The notes under the pieces were generated by a model. The model made no database searches. It saw only the letters and a list, made by a program, of their open reading frames with translations, and had not been told where the DNA came from. Of a DNA stretch of 14,190 nucleotides, positions 8,499 to 14,190 are shown in pieces; the first letter of the stretch is position 1, and every line of letters begins with the position of its first letter. The position numbers and the translations under genes were made by a program. The stretch comes from a virus (taxonomy: Duplodnaviria > Heunggongvirae > Uroviricota > Caudoviricetes): the IMG/VR virus record IMGVR_UViG_2778261619_000008, one strand, 5' to 3'.

Positions 8499-8917
8499 AA
8501 ATCAAGCATGAGCACATCGAATCAGTGTTGTTAGCCCTGGCAGCCGAAAAAGGGCAGGCGTGGGTCGCTAACGCAATTACTGAAGAATATCTGCACCAGG
8601 GGGGCGGCGAATTGCCCCTGGTACCAGGCAAGGACTGGAACAATCAGCAGAATATCTATCATCGTTGGTTGAAAGGTGAAACGAATGCGCAAAGGGAAAA
8701 AATTCAGAAACTGATCCCTGCGGTTCTGGCAATTCTTCCTCGCGAGCTGCGTCACCGACTCTGCATCTTCGATACCTTGGAACGCCGTGCATTACTGGCG
8801 GCACAGGATGCACTGAGTACGGCAATTGATGCGCATGATGATGCAGTCCAGGCCGTTTACCGTAAAGCACATTTCAGCGGCGGCGGTTCTCCTAGCGATT
8901 CTGTCGTAGTGCATTGA
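8495..8917 (+). CDS. ydaT: YdaT-like protein (CII-like regulator, reported toxic on overexpression), 140 aa
   Basis: 140-aa track ORF (MKIKHEHIESVLLALAAEKGQAWV...), translationally coupled to ydaS. Length and position match Rac ydaT. Confidence 0.78.
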   Translation: MKIKHEHIESVLLALAAEKGQAWVANAITEEYLHQGGGELPLVPGKDWNNQQNIYHRWLKGETNAQREKIQKLIPAVLAILPRELRHRLCIFDTLERRALLAAQDALSTAIDAHDDAVQAVYRKAHFSGGGSPSDSVVVH

Positions 8918-8962
8918 TTGAAATTAATCGTACCGAACTGTTTTGTTCGGTATCAGTTAAAT

Positions 8963-8981
8963 GTAACGCTGCGAGCGTTAC
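8963..8981. repeat. 19-bp dyad GTAACGCT-N3-AGCGTTAC, copy 1 (just upstream of the ydaU-like start)
   Basis: Perfect 8-bp inverted repeat with a 3-nt spacer, read directly from the sequence. Confidence 0.6.
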
Positions 8982-8994
8982 AAGGTGAAAACAA

Positions 8995-9783
8995 ATGGCT
9001 TCAAACTGGATAAAGCTCGAAGTTATTACGCCGGATAAGCCGGAAATATTCAGGCTTGCTGAGATTCTGAATATTGATCCAGATGCCGCATTAGGGAAAG
9101 TCATTCGCTTCTGGGCATGGGCGGATCAACAAATGATAGACGGTAACGCAGAGTGTAACGCTCGAGGCGTTACAAAAAGTGCAATAGACCGTATCACTTT
9201 TATGGCTGGTTTTGCTGATGCGTTAATTCAGGTTGGATGGCTGGTCGAAAGTGATGGAGTGCTTTCACTACCAAACTTTGAGCGTCATAACGGAAAAAGC
9301 TCGAAAAAACGGGCGGTTACAAACGAGAGAGTTACAAAAATACGCGAACTGAAGCGAAAAGGTAACGCTGCCAGCGTTACACAAACGGATCAAAAAGCGT
9401 TACCAGAGGAAGAGGAAGAGGAAGATATAAATACTGATCTCCCCCTAAATCCCCCTCGGCAAAAACGAGCGTCTAAACAATTCGAGCCGGAGGCCATTGC
9501 TCTGCCCGACTGGTTGCCAGAAACACTCTGGAATGAGTGGGTCCAGTTCAGGCAGGCATTGCGAAAACCGATTCGAACGGAGCAGGGCGCTAACGGGGCG
9601 ATACGGGAACTGGAAAAATTCCGCCAGCAGGGTTTTACCCCTGAGCAGGTGATTCGACACAGCATCGCCAATGAATACCAGGGCTTGTTCGCGCCGAAAA
9701 GTGTTCGGCCTGAGACGTTGCTCCGACAGGTTAACACTGTCTCGTTTCCGGACAGTGCGATCCCGCCAGGCTTCAGGGGGTAA
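8995..9783 (+). CDS. ydaU: Replication initiator, lambda O-like (YdaU-like), 262 aa
   Basis: Track ORF with an AAGGTG Shine-Dalgarno upstream. It sits directly upstream of a DnaC-like gene and contains a 19-bp dyad repeat array in its 5' half, as in lambda O where ori lies inside the gene. The C-terminal region is acidic/Pro-rich. Confidence 0.78.
   Translation: MASNWIKLEVITPDKPEIFRLAEILNIDPDAALGKVIRFWAWADQQMIDGNAECNARGVTKSAIDRITFMAGFADALIQVGWLVESDGVLSLPNFERHNGKSSKKRAVTNERVTKIRELKRKGNAASVTQTDQKALPEEEEEEDINTDLPLNPPRQKRASKQFEPEAIALPDWLPETLWNEWVQFRQALRKPIRTEQGANGAIRELEKFRQQGFTPEQVIRHSIANEYQGLFAPKSVRPETLLRQVNTVSFPDSAIPPGFRG
9155..9173. repeat. 19-bp dyad GTAACGC-N5-GCGTTAC, copy 2 (inside ydaU-like)
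   Basis: Inverted repeat read directly from the sequence. An extra GTAACGC half-site lies at 9143-9149. Confidence 0.6.
9362..9380. repeat. 19-bp dyad GTAACGCT-N3-AGCGTTAC, copy 3 (inside ydaU-like)
   Basis: Perfect 8-bp inverted repeat with a 3-nt spacer. Further half-sites lie at 9313-9320, 9330-9335 and 9397-9403. Confidence 0.6.
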
Positions 9784-9789
9784 CTGACC

Positions 9790-10536
9790 ATGAAAAATAT
9801 TGCGACAGGCGGCGTTCTGGAACGTATCCGCAGACTGGCCCCGCCACATGTAACCGCGCCATTCAGGACGGTGGCGGAGTGGCGCGAGTGGCAACTTGCA
9901 GAAGGCCAGAAACGTTGCGAGGAGATCAATCGCCAGAATCGTCAGTTGCGGGTGGAAAAAATTCTGAATCGCTCCGGCATCCAGCCGTTGCACCGCAAAT
10001 GCTCGTTTTCGAATTACCAGGTGCAGAACGACGGCCAGCGATACGCGTTGAGCCAGGCGAAATCCATCGCCGATGAACTGATGGTCGGGTGTACAAATTT
10101 TGCGTTTAGCGGAAAACCTGGTACCGGAAAAAACCATCTGGCGGCGGCTATCGGGAATCGCCTGCTGAAAAACGGTCAGACAGTGATTGTGGTTACCGTG
10201 GCTGATGTTATGAGTGCTCTACACGCCAGCTATGACGACGGGCAATCAGGCGAAAAATTTTTGCGGGAACTGTGCGAAGTGGATCTGCTGGTTCTTGATG
10301 AAATTGGCATTCAGCGCGAGACAAAAAACGAGCAGGTGGTACTGCACCAGATTGTTGATCGCCGGACAGCGTCGATCCGCAGCGTGGGGATGCTGACAAA
10401 CCTGAACTATGAGGCCATGAAAACATTGCTCGGCGAGAGGATTATGGATCGGATGACCATGAACGGCGGGCGATGGGTGAATTTTAACTGGGAGAGCTGG
10501 CGCCCGAATGTTGGTCAGCCAGGAATTGAGAAGTAA
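9790..10536 (+). CDS. ydaV: DnaC/IstB-like AAA+ helicase loader (YdaV-like), 248 aa
   Basis: Walker A motif FSGKPGTGKNHLAAAIG and Walker B motif DLLVLDEIG in the translation. Length and context match Rac ydaV. Confidence 0.88.
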   Translation: MKNIATGGVLERIRRLAPPHVTAPFRTVAEWREWQLAEGQKRCEEINRQNRQLRVEKILNRSGIQPLHRKCSFSNYQVQNDGQRYALSQAKSIADELMVGCTNFAFSGKPGTGKNHLAAAIGNRLLKNGQTVIVVTVADVMSALHASYDDGQSGEKFLRELCEVDLLVLDEIGIQRETKNEQVVLHQIVDRRTASIRSVGMLTNLNYEAMKTLLGERIMDRMTMNGGRWVNFNWESWRPNVGQPGIEK

Positions 10537-10558
10537 TTTTTACCGGGAGGAAATTTTA

Positions 10559-11284
10559 ATGGAGACCGTTTTTGACGCACTGAAAGCAATGGGAAAAGCC
10601 TCTTCCCAGGAAGTGGCAGCACGTCTGGGAATGACCCGGGATGAGGCGATTAACGAGCTGTGGAAACTGAAGCGTCGTGGGGAAGCTGATAACAAGGGCC
10701 CGATGTGGTGGTTGACTCAAACCGACGAAAACGCATCTGTAGCACAGGCTTCTAAAGTGACAGCGCAAATGCTGATCGAGGCGATTGAACAGCATGGCCC
10801 TAAAGCGGCTGATGAACTTGCACTGATATTCAGAATTACTTCCCGCAGGGTGAACTCATCGCTGGCTATGGCCATCAGCAAAGGTCGTCTGATTCGCGTA
10901 AATCAGAACGGTAAATTTCGTTACTGCCTGCCGGACGGTAATTTACCAGCAGAGCCGAAAGTTGTATCGGTAGTGAAAACACCTGGTAAAGGCTTTCCTC
11001 AGCCAGCCGGTGTTGCGTTACCAGTACAGGAAGCGGCAACACAGGAAGAAATTAAAACAGATACTGTGGGGGACATTGTGCAGTCACTACCATCGTTCAC
11101 TGAAACGCGAGCCAATGACCTGATTATACCATCGCTGCAAATGGCAAACCGCGAACTGCGCCGGGCGAAAAGTTATGTCCAGAAGTGGGAGCGAGTCTGC
11201 GCCGCGCTGCGTGAGCTGAACAAGCACCAGGATATTGTCCGTCAGATTGTCGATTCCTCCAGTCGTATTGTGTCGGAAAAGTGA
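10559..11284 (+). CDS. Uncharacterised prophage protein with N-terminal winged-helix-like region, 241 aa (possibly YdaW/DUF1627-like)
   Basis: Track ORF 10508..11284. The ATG at 10559 has a GGGAGG Shine-Dalgarno 8 nt upstream (METVFDALKAMGKASSQEVAARLGMTRDEAINELWKLKRRGE...). The C-terminus is predicted helical/charged. Family assignment is from memory and unverified. Confidence 0.65.
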   Translation: METVFDALKAMGKASSQEVAARLGMTRDEAINELWKLKRRGEADNKGPMWWLTQTDENASVAQASKVTAQMLIEAIEQHGPKAADELALIFRITSRRVNSSLAMAISKGRLIRVNQNGKFRYCLPDGNLPAEPKVVSVVKTPGKGFPQPAGVALPVQEAATQEEIKTDTVGDIVQSLPSFTETRANDLIIPSLQMANRELRRAKSYVQKWERVCAALRELNKHQDIVRQIVDSSSRIVSEK

Positions 11285-11300
11285 TTCTAGGGGAGGGCTT

Positions 11301-11723
11301 ATGGCAAAAGTATTAACACAGGAAGAGCGAGAAAAAATTAAAGGGCAGATTGTTGATCTCGTACGCCAGAGTGGGCGCGAGACGTTAAGGCAACTGGAGG
11401 CCAAGACAGGGGCGACAAGATATCTGATGAGCATTCTTGCCAGAGAGTTGGTTGCCAGTGGCGATGTATACAACTCTGGCTATGGGTTATTTACCTCTGA
11501 ACAGGCTCGTAAGGACTGGAATAACGCCCGCAAAAAACTATCCAGGGCAAAGGTGAAAAAAACGGTTGTGGTTGATCCTGACCTTATCTGGTCATTACCA
11601 GACGGAGAAATACGCCGATATGACGGGCGTCTGAATATAATCTGTAGCGAGTGCCGTAAGAGCGAAGTTATGAAGCGTGTACTGATGTTTTATCGAGGAA
11701 GTATCCAGGAATTTATTCGGTAA
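11301..11723 (+). CDS. Uncharacterised protein, 140 aa, HTH-like N-terminus and C-terminal CxxC
   Basis: Track ORF 11235..11723. The ATG at 11301 has a GGGGAGGG Shine-Dalgarno upstream (MAKVLTQEEREKIKGQIVDLVRQSGRETLRQLEAKTGATRYLMSILARELVASGDV...). Its N-terminal pattern resembles that of the preceding gene. Confidence 0.6.
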   Translation: MAKVLTQEEREKIKGQIVDLVRQSGRETLRQLEAKTGATRYLMSILARELVASGDVYNSGYGLFTSEQARKDWNNARKKLSRAKVKKTVVVDPDLIWSLPDGEIRRYDGRLNIICSECRKSEVMKRVLMFYRGSIQEFIR

Positions 11724-11859
11724 GCAAAATCAAAATGTAATCGCTCAAGTTTAAGTTGGTGTATCTACGGCGCAGAGCCATCGCCTCATCTGGCACTGCG
11801 CTAAAATCAAATTTAGTTCCACTCTTTATTTTGTATCTGCTAAAACGCTACATAAGATT

Positions 11860-12132
11860 TTACTTTTTTAAAGAATAAGGGAATATGTGCACCATATTGG
11901 AGGCTAGTGGATATATTCCTATGCTACGAGTTGTCTTTTTTAGTTGATCTATGCTTGCTTCTTTATCGGGAGCCCGGCCTCCCCACACTGTAACTCCCTC
12001 AGGTATATCGATTGGGCGACTTTTGTTTTCATCTGTGATTTCAATCGTTTCCCCATTATTAAGCGTAATAATCAACGATGACACGTCCAGGTGTTGTGTA
12101 TTCCCATTTTTATTTTTAATATCTATTTTCAT
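11860..12132 (-). CDS. Orphan hypothetical protein, 90 aa, in an AT-rich segment
   Basis: Track ORF MKIDIKNKNGNTQHLDVSSLIITLNNGETIEITDENKSRPIDIPEGVTVWGG... is hydrophilic with no signal peptide. There is no Shine-Dalgarno, but a perfect TATAAT on the minus strand (plus coordinates 12142-12147) sits where a leaderless mRNA would start. Coding status is uncertain. Confidence 0.35.
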   Translation of the reverse strand: MKIDIKNKNGNTQHLDVSSLIITLNNGETIEITDENKSRPIDIPEGVTVWGGRAPDKEASIDQLKKTTRSIGIYPLASNMVHIFPYSLKK

Positions 12133-12402
12133 GGCTATTTCATTATATGTTATCTGTGCTGGAGTAATAAGTTTACGGTATTAAGAAGCATTTTGACGAA
12201 ACAATCAACTGACTTATCAGCTAAGGTGGCATTGTAATGCGATCTGATTGGTATCATCAGGACGCTGTTCAAAAAAGGGGGATTAGTTGATCTTGAAATC
12301 TTGCTCAAAATGTGTAGCCTCTCGTTTAACTGCCAACTTTTTGGGGCAGTACACTCTGATGCTACACAACTTGCAAGTTTCATTACCCCGACGTAAACAT
12401 TT

Positions 12403-13071
12403 ATGACAGTTGCTGATTTCAAACGTCCTAAGTTGGAGCTCCCAAACGGGGCAAACAAACTACTATTACACTCTTGTTGTGCACCATGTTCCGGTGAAGT
12501 GATGGAGGCTCTTCAGGCCTCAGGAATCGACTACACCATCTTCTTCTATAATCCGAACATTCATCCTCAGAAAGAGTATTTGATTCGTAAGAATGAGAAT
12601 ATTCGATATGCTGAACAACATGGTGTACCGTTTATCGATGCTGATTACGACACTGACAACTGGTTTGAGCGAGCCAAAGGAATGGAATGGGAGCCCGAAC
12701 GTGGGAGGCGTTGTACTATGTGTTTTGACATGCGTTTTGAACGGACGGCGCTGTACGCCGCTGAAAATGGTTTCAGTGTGATCAGCAGTTCACTGGGCAT
12801 TTCTCGCTGGAAAAATATGCAGCAGGTTAACGACAGCGGACGGCGAGCTGTCGCACATTATCCGGGCATGGTGTACTGGGATTATAACTGGCGCAAGCAG
12901 GGAGGCTCGTCCCGCATGATTGAAATCAGCAAACGCGAACAATTCTATCAGCAGGAATATTGTGGTTGCGTGTATTCACTTCGCGATACCAATTTACACC
13001 GCAAATCCCAGGGACGCCCTCTTATCAAAATTGGTCAACTCCACTACGGTAAAGAAGAAGGGCAGGAATGA
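12403..13071 (+). CDS. queH: Epoxyqueuosine reductase QueH-like (DUF208), 222 aa
   Basis: The translation contains the [11 protein letters not shown] motif near the N-terminus and a later CxxC ([16 protein letters not shown]), which I recognise as the DUF208/QueH signature. The RBS is weak. Not verified by search. Confidence 0.75.
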   Translation: MTVADFKRPKLELPNGANKLLLHSCCAPCSGEVMEALQASGIDYTIFFYNPNIHPQKEYLIRKNENIRYAEQHGVPFIDADYDTDNWFERAKGMEWEPERGRRCTMCFDMRFERTALYAAENGFSVISSSLGISRWKNMQQVNDSGRRAVAHYPGMVYWDYNWRKQGGSSRMIEISKREQFYQQEYCGCVYSLRDTNLHRKSQGRPLIKIGQLHYGKEEGQE

Positions 13072-13380
13072 TTTTTACATTACGTCAACAGAGTGTCACA
13101 ACGTTTCTATATATGGTATGCCGACCGTAATTTTCGAATCATCATGACTAATAGGCAGGTCACCTATGCCAGCAATGACCTGCTCATCTTGAAATTAGCA
13201 GAAATCTTGTAGCTATGATGTAGCTCAAAATAGTTTTTCATTCTTTTACCTGATGTCTGTTCCTGGCTGAAAACAGACTGTATTATTTAATTACGCACCA
13301 CTGACACTTGTTTATTGAAGTAGTGAGTACAAAGCCACATATTTATCAGTGTATGTATACGTCAAAAACAGGAGATTGTT

Positions 13381-13470
13381 GTGCTGGTTCTGAAGTGTGC
13401 GTTAGCAATAGTGGCTGTGGTGGCAATTTATTGCCTTGTTGTTGTTCTTATGGAGCGACTTTCTGATTGA
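13381..13470 (+). CDS. Candidate small hydrophobic peptide, 29 aa (GTG start)
   Basis: Hand-translated: AGGAG at 13370-13374, then GTG at 13381, giving MLVLKCALAIVAVVAIYCLVVVLMERLSD, a single predicted transmembrane helix with a charged C-terminus. It is below the ORF-track cut-off. Confidence 0.3.
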   Translation: MLVLKCALAIVAVVAIYCLVVVLMERLSD

Positions 13471-13615
13471 TTACATACTGGCTAAAAAAAGCGTTTGCCT
13501 GGTTTATCTTTGTCCGGCAAGGTGCGCTCATTAATCTGAAGTAAATTTATTTCTTAAGTATTCAGATTACTTCTTATGGTCGAAGTCTCCTGGCAATGTA
13601 GAACCAAAATATTTA

Positions 13616-13653
13616 CAAAAAGGAGACCCGTCGGGGATAGCCCTGCCGGGTCT
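13616..13653 (-). terminator. Candidate Rho-independent terminator after the yeaR-like gene
   Basis: On the minus strand, a GC-rich hairpin (GACCCGGCAGGG / CCCCGACGGGTC, about 12 bp with 2 mismatches, loop CTAT) is followed by CC and a TTTTT run. It lies about 30 nt downstream of the stop codon. Confidence 0.55.
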
Positions 13654-13682
13654 GACTGTTAAAGCATTTTTAATATGATCAT

Positions 13683-14021
13683 CTATTTTTTGGTGCTATA
13701 GACTTTTTCGCCTGAGAAGTCTGGAGCGACCCAAAAGTTAATATTAAACTGAGCATCATCGCTTAGTTCAACACGGTGCCAGTATTGTGGTGGGCTTGTT
13801 GCAAAAGAGCCAGCATTAATAACTACTTTTATCTCTGGTTCAGTAGTATTCTCATCAGCAAAACCATAATATGTTACAGTGCCTTCCATTACGCACAACT
13901 GCCCAAAAACACCTGCTGCTGTATTATGATGTGTTAATAATGCTGAAGGTACGTTCTCTTTTGTGAAGAACGGAGTTGAGCGTTTGATTACCCAATCTTT
14001 AGGAATTCTCTTGTGTGTCAT
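13683..14021 (-). CDS. YeaR-like DUF1971 protein (tellurite-resistance TehB-associated domain family), 112 aa
   Basis: Track ORF 13683..14027 starts at a GTG. The ATG at 14021 has AGGAGG 5 nt upstream. The translation (...RSTPFF...HHNTAAGVFGQLCVMEGTVTYYGFADE...AGSFATSPPQYWHRVEL...FNINFWVAP) follows the YeaR/DUF1971 pattern as I remember it. Confidence 0.75.
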   Translation of the reverse strand: MTHKRIPKDWVIKRSTPFFTKENVPSALLTHHNTAAGVFGQLCVMEGTVTYYGFADENTTEPEIKVVINAGSFATSPPQYWHRVELSDDAQFNINFWVAPDFSGEKVYSTKK

Positions 14022-14036
14022 AACCACCTCCTATAA

Positions 14037-14059
14037 AACATGCATTATGAATGCTCCTT
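14037..14059. promoter_or_regulatory. NsrR-like dyad overlapping the putative -10 of the yeaR-like gene
   Basis: AACATGCATTATGAATGCTCCTT resembles the 11-1-11 NsrR consensus (AAGATGCATTT-N-AAATACATCTT), about 17 of 23 positions by my alignment. The minus-strand hexamers TTGACA (14071-14076) and CATAAT (14044-14049) are 21 bp apart, which is not canonical spacing. Confidence 0.3.
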
Positions 14060-14190
14060 TTGAGGAGTTATGTCAAGCTGTTATGAAACACATAATTGAT
14101 ATGTTGATTAGAGGATAGACTGGCCCCCTGAATCTCCAGACAACCAATATCACTTAAATAAGTGATAGTCTTAATACTAGTTTTTAGACT

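Noticed and set aside
8963-9380. Calling the dyad repeats a classical tandem iteron origin
   Set aside because: The copies are about 200 bp apart rather than tightly tandem, and no AT-rich unwinding element is obvious. I kept them as repeats and a candidate origin or operator only.
9390-10137. 179-aa and 230-aa minus-strand ORFs
   Set aside because: Antisense to the ydaU-like and DnaC-like genes in a GC-rich region where long spurious frames are expected. No start signals or motifs.
10208-10795. Short ORFs on both strands within ydaV and the following gene
   Set aside because: They overlap better-supported genes and have no RBS.
12150-12458. 102-aa minus-strand ORF upstream of and overlapping the queH-like start
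   Set aside because: It overlaps the queH start and the conserved motif cluster. No RBS.
12920-13147. 75-aa plus-strand ORF overlapping the 3' end of the queH-like gene
   Set aside because: Out-of-frame overlap with a motif-bearing gene and no start signals.
1-14190. CRISPR arrays, tRNA/rRNA genes, IS elements and terminal inverted repeats
   Set aside because: I found no regularly spaced direct repeats, tRNA-like cloverleaf candidates or transposase-like ORFs anywhere in the window.

Overview
This window is the left arm of a Rac-type defective lambdoid prophage, apparently from an Escherichia-like genome. Reading from position 1 it holds integrase and excisionase, the RalR toxin, the RecE/RecT recombination module, racC-ydaE-kilR, sieB, ydaF-ydaG, a RacR / YdaS-YdaT immunity switch, and an O/P-like replication pair (YdaU-like, DnaC-like YdaV). 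Protein identities are from recognition of the ORF-track translations; ydaE, ydaF, ydaG and a 29-aa peptide fall below the track's size cut-off and were translated by hand. No database search was run, so all names rest on memory of these families. After two uncharacterised genes (10559-11723) the phage synteny stops: no lysis, tail or trkG-like genes follow. Instead there is an AT-rich segment with one orphan ORF, a QueH (DUF208)-like gene flanked by repeated motifs, a candidate small membrane peptide, and a YeaR (DUF1971)-like gene with an NsrR-like dyad. I saw no rRNA, tRNA, CRISPR array or IS element. The least explained part, and the best candidate for something undescribed, is 10.5-13.7 kb; I cannot assign it a function from sequence alone.
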